64,000 bases of DNA from Desulfosarcina sp. GTDB taxonomy: Bacteria > Desulfobacterota > Desulfobacteria > Desulfobacterales > Desulfosarcinaceae. The notes under the pieces were generated by a model. That model saw nothing but the letters and a program-made list of their open reading frames with translations. It searched no databases and was not told where the DNA came from. The stretch is taken from the NCBI GenBank assembly GCA_014237405.1, contig JABZFO010000116.1:936-64935 (forward strand), given 5' to 3'. Position numbers and translations under genes: made by a program. Positions 34,257 through 44,514 of the stretch are shown one piece after another. Each line of letters opens with the position of its first letter. Within the stretch, counting starts at the first letter, position 1.

Positions 34257-35954
34257 ATGCTCAGAGAGCTGTTAATAAAGAATTTCGCCATTATCGACGA
34301 CCTGAATATCCGCTTCGAAGATGGGTTGACCATTTTGAGCGGCGAAACCGGCGCCGGTAAATCCATCATCATCAACGCAATGAACCTGCTGCTGGGATCC
34401 CGCGCCAGTGCCAAGATGATCCGCGATGGTTATGACACCGCAGAACTGTCTGCCTTTTTCGATGTCCCCGAAGCGTCCACTGCCGCAGCAATCATGGCTG
34501 AAAACGGCTATGAGCCCAAAGATGGCCTCCTGGTGCGCAGGGTCATCACCTGCAACGACCGCCATCGCATCTATATCAATGACCGCATGGCCACCATGCA
34601 GATGCTGGCATCCATCACCGCGGATCTGGCCAGTATCTCCGGCCAACATGCCCACCAGAGCCTGCTCAAGGAAGAGTCCCATCTGGCCATTCTAGACCGT
34701 TTCGGCGGTCTTTTGCCACTTGTCCGACAGGTGGTGGACCTATATGGAAAATTGGCTCCGCTGTCCCAGAAACTTCAGGCCCTCAAAGAGAAAAAAAACA
34801 ACCAGGAGAAGGAGATGGACCTGCTCCGGTACCAGACAGCAGAGATTGCCGATGCCGGCATCATGCCGGGCGAGGACGAATCCCTGGAAAAAGAACGGCT
34901 GCGGCTCAAGCACGCCGAATTCCTCCATCGGACCGTTTTTTCTGCCATCGAATCTCTTCACGGGGCCGATGGCTCCATTCTGGAGCAGTTGGGTGAATTG
35001 CGCAAAAACCTGGAGAAGGCAGCGGATCTGGACGATGGGCTGATGGCCGGGGTGCAGGGGCTTTCCGACAGTCTCTTCGGCTTGGAAGATGTAACGGAAA
35101 CATTGCGGTCTTATCTGGGAACACTGGACACCGAAGCGGGCCGGCTTGAATCGGTGGAAACCCGATTCGATCTGATCAACAAGTTGAAACGAAAATACGG
35201 GGGATCCCTGTCGGCGCTTTTCCAAAAGCGTGATGCCATCGAAGCGGCGCTTTCCGCCATTGATAATCTGGATGATGATATTCAACACAGCGCGGCGCAG
35301 TTGAGCGACTATTACGATCAGGTGGCGGACCTGGCCCGACACCTGTCTGAAGAACGAAAACGGGTGGCCACGGATTTTTCCGAATCCGTTGAAAGGGAAC
35401 TGGCAGGTCTGAAGATGGCCGGCACCCGATTCAGCGTCAGCCTTTCCCCGCCCCCCTGCGGCAAGCATGCATCCCCGTGGCTTTGTGTGGACGGAAACCT
35501 GCTGTCGGCCACGGGTATCGACCAGGCTGTGTTCATGATCTCTCCCAATGTGGGGGAGTCGTTGAAGCCCCTTTCGGCCATCGCCTCAGGCGGGGAACTC
35601 TCCCGTCTGGTGCTGGCGCTAAAGGCCATCCTGGCGGAAACCGATGCAGTTAGCACGGTGATTTTCGACGAGGTGGATGCCGGAATCGGAGGTGTCGTGG
35701 CCGACGTGGTGGGGAAAAAACTGGACGCGCTCTCTAAAAAGCACCAGCTTATCTGTATCACCCATCTTCCCCAGATTGCCCGTTTCGGCAGCCATCATTA
35801 TTATATAGAAAAACAGGTAACGGATGGACGAACCACCACCGCCATCAGGCCGATGGACCAGGAAGAACGGATCAACGAGATCGCCCGCATGCTTGGCGGT
35901 GAAACGATTACTCGTACCGCCCTGGAACATGCCCGGACACTGATGACATCATGA
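34257..35954 (+). CDS. recN: DNA repair protein RecN
   Basis: N-terminus MLRELLIKNFAIIDDLNIRFEDGLTILSGETGAGKSII, a long coiled-coil middle and the C-terminal SGGELSRLVLALK...VIFDEVDAGIGG. Confidence 0.95.
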   Translation: MLRELLIKNFAIIDDLNIRFEDGLTILSGETGAGKSIIINAMNLLLGSRASAKMIRDGYDTAELSAFFDVPEASTAAAIMAENGYEPKDGLLVRRVITCNDRHRIYINDRMATMQMLASITADLASISGQHAHQSLLKEESHLAILDRFGGLLPLVRQVVDLYGKLAPLSQKLQALKEKKNNQEKEMDLLRYQTAEIADAGIMPGEDESLEKERLRLKHAEFLHRTVFSAIESLHGADGSILEQLGELRKNLEKAADLDDGLMAGVQGLSDSLFGLEDVTETLRSYLGTLDTEAGRLESVETRFDLINKLKRKYGGSLSALFQKRDAIEAALSAIDNLDDDIQHSAAQLSDYYDQVADLARHLSEERKRVATDFSESVERELAGLKMAGTRFSVSLSPPPCGKHASPWLCVDGNLLSATGIDQAVFMISPNVGESLKPLSAIASGGELSRLVLALKAILAETDAVSTVIFDEVDAGIGGVVADVVGKKLDALSKKHQLICITHLPQIARFGSHHYYIEKQVTDGRTTTAIRPMDQEERINEIARMLGGETITRTALEHARTLMTS

Positions 35955-36029
35955 TTAACTGGATACATCGCTTGACAATTTTGAGATGATGGCCAGTTTT
36001 TTAAAAAAATTTTCCAAAAGGAGACCGAG

Positions 36030-36281
36030 ATGCCTATATTCGAATTCAAATGCCTGGACTGTGACGAATACCTGGAAATCCTGGTGATGAACAAGAAGGA
36101 TGAGGTGGAATTGGCCTGTCCCCATTGCGGTTCCTGCAACCTGGAGCGAATCCTTTCCACCACCAGCCACACGGTCACTGGCGGAGGTCCCGGCCGACCG
36201 GCCAGTTCCGGCGCCAGCACCCAGACGCGGAACTGTAGTTCGGGCTCGTGTACCACCTATACCATTCCCGGGCCGGCATGA
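36030..36281 (+). CDS. FmdB-family zinc-ribbon protein
   Basis: Reads MPIFEFKCLDCDEYLEILV...LACPHCGSCNLERILS. The CxxC...CxxC pattern and the N-terminus MPIYEY/FEFKC are typical of the family. Confidence 0.75.
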   Translation: MPIFEFKCLDCDEYLEILVMNKKDEVELACPHCGSCNLERILSTTSHTVTGGGPGRPASSGASTQTRNCSSGSCTTYTIPGPA

Positions 36282-36339
36282 GGGCATCAACCTCTCTTCG
36301 GTTTTGATATTTTTTCCATCGCCTCAACAAGGCCAGCCC

Positions 36340-37029
36340 ATGTCACAAACACTGCACAAGCAGGAAAAGGAACAGTTCTGCAAGCTGTTCAAACAGGATC
36401 AGGTTTCGGACTTTGAAGATCGGTTTGCGGTCATGGAAGCCTTCATGCAGACCGACGGTCATGTGACCTCGTCTCAGATGATCGAACGGCTCAACGACCT
36501 GGGCCACCGGTTGGATCCTGAATTTGTCCGTGACACACTAAAACTGATGTGTCAGTATGGGTTCGCCAGCAAACGGCAGTTCGACAACGGCGAGATTCTA
36601 TATGAGCACATGCATCTGGATCAGCACCATGACCACATGGTCTGCACCAAATGCCGAAAGATCATGGAATTTGAAGACCCCCAGTTGGAGGCGCTTCAGG
36701 TTCAGGCTGCAGAGCGCCACGGTTTCCACCTACTCCAGCACAAAATGGAGATGTACGGTATCTGCGCGCAATGCATGTCCCGGCGCCGGGAACTGCTTCC
36801 CCTTTCCGAAGCACCAAGTGGGGAGCGCCTGGTGATCGCCCGCCTGGACGGCGGCCCCATGGCGCGGGCACGGTTGATGGCCATGGGCCTTCGAATGGGT
36901 GATGAAGTGGACGTTATCACCAATTCAGGGCGGGGACAGCTGGTCATTGCCGTTGACTATAAACGAATCGTGCTCGGGCGGGGCCTGGCTCAGAAACTGC
37001 TGGTTCAAGTTAAACCCAACAATGAATAA
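36340..37029 (+). CDS. Fur-family metalloregulator fused to a C-terminal FeoA (SH3-like) domain
   Basis: Fur core HHDHMVCTKCRKIMEFEDP...MYGICAQC is followed by a FeoA-like segment, LSEAPSGERLVIARLDGGPMARARLMAMGLRMGDEVDVITNSGRGQLVIAVDYKRIVLGRGLAQKLLV. ATG 36340 was chosen because the longer ORF-track start overlaps the zinc-ribbon gene. Confidence 0.75.
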   Translation: MSQTLHKQEKEQFCKLFKQDQVSDFEDRFAVMEAFMQTDGHVTSSQMIERLNDLGHRLDPEFVRDTLKLMCQYGFASKRQFDNGEILYEHMHLDQHHDHMVCTKCRKIMEFEDPQLEALQVQAAERHGFHLLQHKMEMYGICAQCMSRRRELLPLSEAPSGERLVIARLDGGPMARARLMAMGLRMGDEVDVITNSGRGQLVIAVDYKRIVLGRGLAQKLLVQVKPNNE

Positions 37030-37459
37030 ATTAATCCCCATTGTTTTGGCAATCATCGTGGCCTTGGCCGGAGCGGATTACGCTCAGGCGGAGCGGTTGA
37101 GCGTGAAAGCCGATATCGCCAATATTCGCTCCGGGCCGAATACCAGCGATTCGGTCATCTGGCAGGTGGAGAAATATCATCCTCTGAAGGTGGTCCAGAA
37201 GCAAGGCCGCTGGTACCTGTTCGAAGATTTCGAAGGCGATCGCGGGTGGATTCACAACTCCCTTCTCTCCGACATTAACGCCGTGATTGTTAAAAACAAC
37301 AACTGCAACGTCCGTTCAGGACCGGGAACCGATAACGATATCCAGTTTACCGTGAACAAGGGGGTGCCCTTTAAAGTGCTGAAAAAAAAGGGGGACTGGC
37401 TCCATGTGGTCCACGCGGATGGCGATCAGGGATGGATTCATCGATCTCTGGTCTGGTAG
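37022..37459 (+). CDS. Secreted protein with two bacterial SH3 domains
   Basis: Signal peptide MNKLIPIVLAIIVALAGADYAQA, then two repeats of the form ANIRSGPNT...W / CNVRSGPGT...GWIH. The start overlaps the upstream stop (ATGAATAA). Confidence 0.75.
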   Translation: MNKLIPIVLAIIVALAGADYAQAERLSVKADIANIRSGPNTSDSVIWQVEKYHPLKVVQKQGRWYLFEDFEGDRGWIHNSLLSDINAVIVKNNNCNVRSGPGTDNDIQFTVNKGVPFKVLKKKGDWLHVVHADGDQGWIHRSLVW

Positions 37460-37481
37460 GTGTACCGGTTAGGGAGTTGAT

Positions 37482-38471
37482 TTGAAACTGCAACGTGGAA
37501 AAACGCGGATCGTGGGCCTCGGTTCAGCCCTTGTAGATATATTGGTTCACGAAAGCGATGGCTTTGTCCGGCGCATCGGTGTTAAAAAAGGCGGCATGAC
37601 CCTTGTGGATATGCCGGCTCTGGAAAAGATTCTGACTCAGGTGTCTACAAAACCCATCATGGTACCGGGCGGATCGGCATGCAACACGGCCGTGGGCATC
37701 GGACGGTTGGGCGGCCGTGCCCGCTTCGTAGGAAAGCGGGGAAACGACGACACCGGGCAATTTTTTCAAAATACCCTTGTTGAACGGGGGGTGGAGCCTT
37801 TTTTGATGACATCGGTACTCCCCACCGGCCGGGTGCTTTCAATCATCACCCCCGATGCCCAACGCACCATGATCACCTACCTGGGTGCATCGGCAGACAC
37901 CCAGCCTGAAGAGATCACGCCGGAATGTTTCACGGACAGTGCAGTGGTCCACATGGAGGGCTATCTGCTGTTCAATCCCGATTTAATGACGGCCTCGTTA
38001 AAAGCCGCAAAAAATGCCGGGGCGTTGATTTCTCTGGATCTGGCCAGCTTCACCGTGGTCGAGCAATCCAAAACCATTCTCCATGACATCATCGAACAGC
38101 ATGTGGATATCCTCATCGCCAATGAAGACGAAGCCCTGGCCTATACCGGCTTTAAGGACGAAGCACAGGCGCTTGCCAGATTGGCCCTTCATGTGGATAT
38201 TGCCGTTCTGAAAGTCGGTGCAAGGGGAAGTTTCATCCAACGCGCAGACCGCGTTTCCCGCATCCCGGCCCAAGGTTCAGGAACAGCCATTGACACCACC
38301 GGCGCCGGAGATCTCTGGGCATCCGGATTTTTATATGGACTGGTAAACGGATATGCCCACGGAAAAAGCGGCGAGCTTGCTTCGGCATGCGGTTATGAGG
38401 TATGTCAGGTGGTTGGCGCCGATATCCCCGCCGATGGATGGATTCGAATCAAAAAGAAACTGGAGGAATAA
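37482..38471 (+). CDS. PfkB-family carbohydrate/nucleoside kinase (adenosine-kinase-like)
   Basis: Contains GLGSALVDIL, GGSACNTAVG and the C-terminal DTTGAGDLWASGFLYG signature of the PfkB family. It uses a TTG start. Confidence 0.8.
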   Translation: MKLQRGKTRIVGLGSALVDILVHESDGFVRRIGVKKGGMTLVDMPALEKILTQVSTKPIMVPGGSACNTAVGIGRLGGRARFVGKRGNDDTGQFFQNTLVERGVEPFLMTSVLPTGRVLSIITPDAQRTMITYLGASADTQPEEITPECFTDSAVVHMEGYLLFNPDLMTASLKAAKNAGALISLDLASFTVVEQSKTILHDIIEQHVDILIANEDEALAYTGFKDEAQALARLALHVDIAVLKVGARGSFIQRADRVSRIPAQGSGTAIDTTGAGDLWASGFLYGLVNGYAHGKSGELASACGYEVCQVVGADIPADGWIRIKKKLEE

Positions 38472-39157
38472 TGGCCAAAGGGGCTAAGACACGCAAACAA
38501 ATTCTGAAAGACCCCGATCAGTTCATTACCTTTTCAGGGAAACTGATCGCCTTCGGACGGTCCAATTTAAAAACGATTCTGATCAGTGCGGGGGTCATTG
38601 TTGCCCTGCTGCTGGCCGTTGCAACGGTACGCCAGGTTTCCGACCGGAATGAAAACCGGGCCTCTGAACTGGTTGAAAAAGCCATGGCCAAGTATTCGGC
38701 AGCCCTTCAGGACACCAATCCAAAGACGGCCTATGACCGGGTGAAAACCGACTTTGCCGAGATCTTTGGTGAATACGGCTCGAAAAACGCGGTGAACATT
38801 GCCCGGATTATTTACGGAGACATCAGCTACAGTGCCGGGGACGCCGATACTGCCATTGCCATGTACACGCGATCGCTGGATGATTTTAGCCAGTCTCCGG
38901 CATTGAAAAACATCGTACTGAGTGGGCTGGGGCATGCATTCGTTCTTAAAAAGGATTACCCCCAATCCATTCGCTATTTTGAGATGATTTCGGCAGATAA
39001 GGAAAACACCATGAAAAGCGGTGCGCTTTTCAACCTGGCATGGATTTATGAAGCTACCGGCGAGAAGGAGAAAAGCACCGCCCTGTATAAACAGCTTTTA
39101 GCCGATTTCCCGGACACCATGTATGGCGACCTGGTGAGGGAAAAGTTCAGCGGTTGA
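38471..39157 (+). CDS. Membrane-anchored tetratricopeptide-repeat protein (YfgM-like architecture)
   Basis: N-terminal TM segment (LKTILISAGVIVALLLAVA) followed by TPR-like helices. The ATG overlaps the upstream stop (TAATG). Confidence 0.65.
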   Translation: MAKGAKTRKQILKDPDQFITFSGKLIAFGRSNLKTILISAGVIVALLLAVATVRQVSDRNENRASELVEKAMAKYSAALQDTNPKTAYDRVKTDFAEIFGEYGSKNAVNIARIIYGDISYSAGDADTAIAMYTRSLDDFSQSPALKNIVLSGLGHAFVLKKDYPQSIRYFEMISADKENTMKSGALFNLAWIYEATGEKEKSTALYKQLLADFPDTMYGDLVREKFSG

Positions 39158-39165
39158 CTTTCGAC

Positions 39166-40548
39166 TTAGGGTTTATCTTTTTCGAACAACTTGTATTTCT
39201 TAATTTTTTGATTCAATCCGCTTTTTCCAATGCCCAACAGGTCTGCCGCGTGGGCCTGTACATAGTTGGTTTTTTTCAGTGCCCGGATGATCATGTTTTT
39301 TTCAACAAGCGCCAAGGTGTCATATAAATTGGCATCTACAGGGATGCCGTCCATATGCAGGGTGCTGTGGGCATTGTCGATAAAATCCTTTGGAAGATCA
39401 GACACCTGAATGATCTCCTCCGGACTCATCACCACCGCCCGTTCGATGACATTTTCCAGCTCCCGCACATTTCCCGGCCAGTCGTATTCGTAAAACAGCC
39501 GCTCCACTTCCCGGTCAATCCCGGTCACTGGCAAACCCATGTTACGCTCGCCGCTGTATTTGGCAATAAAATGTCCCACCAGGGGCCGGATGTCCTCCAG
39601 CCGTTCACGCAGCGGTGGCAGCGTGAGGGGAACCACGTTGAGCCGATAGAACAAGTCTTCCCGAAAATTGCCCTTGGCCACCTCCGCCTTCAGGGATTTG
39701 TTGGTCGCTGCAATAAGACGGATATTGACGGGAAACGGCTTGACCCCACCCACCCGTTCAATCACCCGCTCCTGCAGAACACGAAGCAGTTTTACCTGCA
39801 GGCCCGGCGAAAGCTCCCCAATTTCATCCAGAAACAGCGTCCCGCCGTCAGCGATTTCGAAACGCCCTTTTTTCATGGAAACCGCACCGGTGAAAGCCCC
39901 TTTTTCATGGCCAAACAACTCACTCTCTAAAAGCGTTTCGACCAAGGCGGAACAATTGACCGCCACAAAGGGTTTTCCCTTTCTGGGGCTGTTAAAATGC
40001 AAGGCAGTGGCCACCAGTTCCTTTCCCGTACCGCTGGCCCCTTCGATGAGAACTGTTGCCGCGGCCGGGGCGACTTTCCGGATGACTTGAAAGACATCCT
40101 GCATGGCTTTGCTTTTGCCGATGATATTATGGAAGCTGTAACGGCTCTCGACAGCACTTCTGAGCTGGCGGTTCTCCTTGACCACACGATACATGGAAAC
40201 CGCCTTGTTTACATAAAGAACAAGCCGCTCATTGTCGAAAGGCTTGAGAATATAGTTATAGGCCCCTTTCTGCATGGCTTCCACAGCCTTTTCGACGGTG
40301 CCGTGGGCGGTCATCATGATTACCGGAAGGTCCGCATCTTCTTTCTTGATACGTTCAAGAAGATCGATGCCGTCCATGGCTGGCATTTTCATATCCGTCA
40401 GAACCAGATCCACGTCGGATTCGGAAAGAATATCCAACGCTTCTGGACCACTGTTAGCTGTAAGCGTCTCAAATCCCTCATCTTCCAGAATGGCCGCAAG
40501 GATGAGCGTGTAATTTTTCTCATCGTCAACGATAAGCATGGTTTCCAT
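39166..40548 (-). CDS. Sigma-54-dependent response regulator (NtrC family; PilR-like by context)
   Basis: Receiver domain (LIVDDE...DLVLTDMKMP), AAA+ domain with GASGTGKE and GAFTGA, and a C-terminal Fis-type HTH. It overlaps the upstream kinase gene by 1 nt (TAATG). Confidence 0.9.
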   Translation of the reverse strand: METMLIVDDEKNYTLILAAILEDEGFETLTANSGPEALDILSESDVDLVLTDMKMPAMDGIDLLERIKKEDADLPVIMMTAHGTVEKAVEAMQKGAYNYILKPFDNERLVLYVNKAVSMYRVVKENRQLRSAVESRYSFHNIIGKSKAMQDVFQVIRKVAPAAATVLIEGASGTGKELVATALHFNSPRKGKPFVAVNCSALVETLLESELFGHEKGAFTGAVSMKKGRFEIADGGTLFLDEIGELSPGLQVKLLRVLQERVIERVGGVKPFPVNIRLIAATNKSLKAEVAKGNFREDLFYRLNVVPLTLPPLRERLEDIRPLVGHFIAKYSGERNMGLPVTGIDREVERLFYEYDWPGNVRELENVIERAVVMSPEEIIQVSDLPKDFIDNAHSTLHMDGIPVDANLYDTLALVEKNMIIRALKKTNYVQAHAADLLGIGKSGLNQKIKKYKLFEKDKP

Positions 40549-41972
40549 TACTTCGTCTCCTGACTTAACGGGAATTTTACAGAAACCCGGGCCCCTTTTT
40601 CACGTCTGTTGTCAATCCGAATCATTCCATCATGGGCTTCGATGATGTTTCTTACGATCCCCAGCCCCAACCCAGTCCCCTTTTCCTTCGTGGTAAAAAA
40701 TGGATTCCAGATCTTTTCCATGACCGGTGCGGAGACACCTTCTCCCTCATCTTCGATATACACCCATAGCGAACCATCACCCGTCTCCATGATCACATCA
40801 ATGACACCGCCGCTGGGCATGGCCTGCATTCCATTGATAAGCAGGTTGAGAAACGCCTGGTAAAGCATGTCCTCATCGGCCATGATAACGGGTATGTCGC
40901 CATTAAAAAAAGTCCTGATAACGAAACCGTTTTCGTTTATCTGATGTTCGAGGAAATGGATATTCTTCTTGATCACCTCATCAATTCGACAAGGACTTCG
41001 GTTGGGATTTTTGGGACGTGCGTAGTTTAAAAAGTCAGTAATAATATTGTTCAGGCGCCGCGCCTCCGTCACGATGATATCTGCAATGGCGTTTAGGTTA
41101 TTGTGGGGATCCATTTTCTTGATCAGCAGTTCAGCTGAACTGCTGATAATTCCCAGCGGGTTTCTGATCTCGTGGGAGACACCGGCAACCATCGCTCCCA
41201 GTGATGACAGATGCTTGGCTTTGGCCAGCTGGTCCTTGAGCCGTATCCGCTCGAAAGCCCGCTTTTCGATGATGCCCTCACCCCGTTTCACGACATAAAT
41301 CAAGGTGAGCAGCAAAATCCCCATGACAATACTGATGGTACAAATCACCAGCACCTGATACTTGAAAATTTTCCGGTAATCACTGGTCAGATCCTGTCTG
41401 ATTTCGACGACGCCCAATACCGGACCGGATATGGGAGACAAGGGCTTTTCTGCCCTTAAGGGGGCAAATGTGACGATTTTAATCTCTTTTGGAATCCCCA
41501 GAAGAATTTCCCAGAACGCGCCGTTCTGAACCAGTTTGGAGGATGGTTTTCCGCCCAGCGCACTTTTATAGAAGGTTCCCCCAACATTTTCCATTCCCAC
41601 CAGCTCAGATGAAAAACTGTATGCAATGATATCATTATTGCTGTAGATGTTGACCATTTCAACCTTGAAGCTGTGCAATGTGCTGCGGACGACCCTGTCC
41701 ATTCTTTCGAACTGGTCCCGGTTTCTCAGTTCAATTTTTCCATACTTTAACCCCACAGGAAGAATAAACTGCAAAAAAACCTGATGGTTCAGGTTTTCGA
41801 TAAGTAGGAGCGCATAATCTTCGCTTTTCTGGTATTGCATTGAGCGGACCCAGTGGGTGTTGAGCACGGACAGGATAATGGTTCCAAGAAAAATGACGAT
41901 AAGGCTGGTAAAGGTAAAATATTTTACCAGCCGAAAGGGTTTGGCCCGCTCTGCAATATTGGATGGTTTCAT
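40548..41972 (-). CDS. Sensor histidine kinase (PilS-like by context)
   Basis: Two TM segments flank a periplasmic region. It has an H-box (SHEIRNPL), an N-box (LLINGMQAM) and G-boxes (DEGEGV, GTGLGLGI). ATG 41972 is used. Confidence 0.85.
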   Translation of the reverse strand: MKPSNIAERAKPFRLVKYFTFTSLIVIFLGTIILSVLNTHWVRSMQYQKSEDYALLLIENLNHQVFLQFILPVGLKYGKIELRNRDQFERMDRVVRSTLHSFKVEMVNIYSNNDIIAYSFSSELVGMENVGGTFYKSALGGKPSSKLVQNGAFWEILLGIPKEIKIVTFAPLRAEKPLSPISGPVLGVVEIRQDLTSDYRKIFKYQVLVICTISIVMGILLLTLIYVVKRGEGIIEKRAFERIRLKDQLAKAKHLSSLGAMVAGVSHEIRNPLGIISSSAELLIKKMDPHNNLNAIADIIVTEARRLNNIITDFLNYARPKNPNRSPCRIDEVIKKNIHFLEHQINENGFVIRTFFNGDIPVIMADEDMLYQAFLNLLINGMQAMPSGGVIDVIMETGDGSLWVYIEDEGEGVSAPVMEKIWNPFFTTKEKGTGLGLGIVRNIIEAHDGMIRIDNRREKGARVSVKFPLSQETK

Positions 41973-42675
41973 AGCTTTTTCGTGCTGCAACAAATGACAG
42001 GTCGATCTTTATGTCTAACCTGAATCAACCACTTGGGATTGATCAATAAATTGGAATGCGTCTATGTCGATTGGACCGACTGTTGTCACATCAATCCCCA
42101 GAAACTGAACATGTTGCATCTCAATTATTTTTTTTAGGGAAACAAATGATACTAAAGTTTTCGTTTTTAGTGCCGAATTGAATGGTGAAACCGTCGGCTA
42201 CAGTCGTATTGCCATATAAATAAACCTGAGTATCATGTCAACGTGCTGTGAATTAAATGCCCAGACCCTTAAACTATTTTAATCTACATCGATTCATGGC
42301 ACCATGCCAACGAATTTTACGGAAGAATATGATTTATCCCTCTTCAATCGGTCGATTTTATTCAATAGTCAATTCAGCCATTGAAAAAACGACCCCTAAG
42401 TATCGAATTAAAAGGTGCTCACTTTAAAAAAGAAAAATTCGAATCCGTCGCTACACAAAATAAGGGCAATTATTAATATGGACCCACAATATAGTTTAAA
42501 TAAACAAAATTATGCATAAAAGTCATATAATTTTACTTGACAACAATTTTTTTTTGGTCTTGAATCGGAATCAAGAGTTGGCATTTTCGTCCAGATTGAT
42601 GAAAAGCAAACCCGTATTTTCTTTGACAAGCGAACACTGTGATGACTTTTTGATTGCCATAAGACGATGGTTTAA

Positions 42676-42873
42676 ATGGTTAAGAATTCATTAAAACAAA
42701 TTAGGGAGTCCCTTTTGATGAGCAAATCGGAACTGGCGAGAGAAGCGAATGTCTCTCCTATTACGATTACGCGGATTGAAGAGGGGAAACCGTGTCGGCT
42801 GGAAACCAAAAGAAAAATCTTGCTGGCTCTGGGGTACAGCCTTTCGGACAGTAAAAAAATCTTTGGTGAATAA
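42676..42873 (+). CDS. XRE-family helix-turn-helix transcriptional regulator (65 aa)
   Basis: LKQIRESLLMSKSELAREANVSPITITRIEEGK is a classic XRE HTH. The gene ends 12 nt upstream of pilM. Confidence 0.7.
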   Translation: MVKNSLKQIRESLLMSKSELAREANVSPITITRIEEGKPCRLETKRKILLALGYSLSDSKKIFGE

Positions 42874-42884
42874 AAGAGCTAACC

Positions 42885-43943
42885 ATGTTTTTTGGAAAAA
42901 AAGACCGACTAATTGGCCTTGACATCGGATCCAGATCCATTAAAGCGGCGGAGATATCCGAGACGAAGAAGGGACGCACCCTTGAACGATTCGGTATCAT
43001 CGATATCGCTCCGGGCCTTATCGAAGATGGTGCAATAAAAGATGCGGAACAAGTTACAGACACCATCCGCCAACTGTTTAAGAACTACGGCATAAAAGGT
43101 CATAACGTTGCCCTCTCCGTTGGCGGCTACTCGGTCATCGTAAAAAAGATCAACGTTCAGACCATGGCGGAAGAGCAACTTCAGGACACCATCAGTTTTG
43201 AGGCAGAACAATACATACCGTTTGATATATCTGATGTAAATCTGGATTTCCAAATTCTAGGTGAAAATGAAAGCAACCCCAACCAGATGAATGTACTGCT
43301 GGTTGCGGCAAAAAAAGAGATGGTCAATGACTACGTGAATCTTGCCCAGATGGCAGGACTAAATCCATGCATCATTGACGTAGATGCATTTGCCCTTCAA
43401 AATATATACGAGTTCAACGATTCCCCTGCTGAAGATGAAAACATCGCGCTCATCGATATCGGAGCAAGCAAAACTTCATTAAACATTTTAAAAGGCAAAT
43501 CCTCTGTCTTCATGAGAGACGTTTCACTCGGGTGTGGCCAGATCAACCAGAAAATCGCATCGCTCATCGACTGTTCCATCGAAGAAGCCGAGCAGATCAA
43601 GTTTGGCGACCAATCAGAGAAAATAACTACCGGAGATCTTTCCGACATCGTTTCATCAGTAGTTTCAGACTGGTGCACCGAAATCAGGCGGGCTCTGGAT
43701 TTCTTTTATTCAACCTATCCCGATGATCAGATCAAAAAGATAATTCTCAGTGGCGGAGGTGGTAATATAAAAGAATTCAGGCAGTTGTTATCCGTCGAGA
43801 CATCTGCGGAAGTGGCTACCATTAATCCTTTTGAAGGGCTTCACATAGATGAGAACCGGTTTGATGTGGAATTTCTAAAACGCATAGCCCCCCAAGCGTC
43901 CATCAGCATGGGGCTGGCTACGAGAAAAGTTGATGATAAATGA
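42885..43943 (+). CDS. pilM: Type IV pilus assembly protein PilM (actin-like ATPase)
   Basis: N-terminus LIGLDIGSRSIKAAEI, length 352 aa, first gene in the pilMNOPQ order. Confidence 0.9.
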   Translation: MFFGKKDRLIGLDIGSRSIKAAEISETKKGRTLERFGIIDIAPGLIEDGAIKDAEQVTDTIRQLFKNYGIKGHNVALSVGGYSVIVKKINVQTMAEEQLQDTISFEAEQYIPFDISDVNLDFQILGENESNPNQMNVLLVAAKKEMVNDYVNLAQMAGLNPCIIDVDAFALQNIYEFNDSPAEDENIALIDIGASKTSLNILKGKSSVFMRDVSLGCGQINQKIASLIDCSIEEAEQIKFGDQSEKITTGDLSDIVSSVVSDWCTEIRRALDFFYSTYPDDQIKKIILSGGGGNIKEFRQLLSVETSAEVATINPFEGLHIDENRFDVEFLKRIAPQASISMGLATRKVDDK

Positions 43944-44503
43944 TACGCATTAATTTACTCCCATTTCGAGCCGCACGAAAAAAAGAGAACATTAGGCGAC
44001 AAGTGTCCGTGTTTCTGTTGTCACTTGTCTTGGTGGTGATTGTCGCCGCCTGGTTCAACTATTTATTGTCCGGAAAAATAACATCTCTGGACAAGCAGAT
44101 TGCAGATACCAAGGCGCAGGTTGACAAGTACAACAAAATCAACAAAGAGATCGCTGACATAAAGAAAAAACTGGCTCTTCTTACTAAAAAAATTGAAGTC
44201 ATCAAATCATTGGATCTGACCAGAAAAGCGCCGGTTAAACTACTTGATGACATGTCGAAAATAGTAGTAGAAAAGCGGATGTGGCTTACGCATTTAGAAG
44301 AAAAATTTGGAAACGTTAAGGTCGTCGGAATCGCTCTAGACAACCCGACGATTGCAGAATATATGACTCGAATTGAATCCTCCCCAAGATATGTTGATGT
44401 CAAGCTTTTGTCTATCAATCAAGACTCTTCTGTCAAGGGATTAGAACTTAAGAAGTTTAATATCAAATTTCGGAAAGCACCTGAAAAAAAACAACCTAAA
44501 TAG
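43940..44503 (+). CDS. pilN: Type IV pilus assembly protein PilN
   Basis: Starts MIRINLLPFRAARKKE, then one TM segment and a coiled coil. It overlaps the pilM stop by 4 nt. Confidence 0.85.
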   Translation: MIRINLLPFRAARKKENIRRQVSVFLLSLVLVVIVAAWFNYLLSGKITSLDKQIADTKAQVDKYNKINKEIADIKKKLALLTKKIEVIKSLDLTRKAPVKLLDDMSKIVVEKRMWLTHLEEKFGNVKVVGIALDNPTIAEYMTRIESSPRYVDVKLLSINQDSSVKGLELKKFNIKFRKAPEKKQPK

Positions 44504-44514
44504 GTATTGAGGAA

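Noticed and set aside
36100-36339. 80-residue N-terminal extension of the Fur-FeoA ORF, as listed in the ORF track (start 36100)
   Set aside because: The extension is Pro/Ala/Arg-rich, overlaps the well-formed FmdB zinc-ribbon gene in another frame and lacks Fur similarity. ATG 36340 gives a normal Fur N-terminus.
42430-42455. TTCGAATCC, a tRNA T-loop-like motif, in the AT-rich pil control region
   Set aside because: The preceding GG is missing, and there is no acceptor, D or anticodon stem complementarity around it. It is an isolated chance motif.
42512-42694. 60-aa ORF in the AT-rich region upstream of the XRE gene
   Set aside because: It is exactly at the length cutoff and has an AT-driven Asn/Lys/Phe/Leu-rich translation. 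It overlaps the XRE start, has no Shine-Dalgarno sequence and resembles no family, including pilins.
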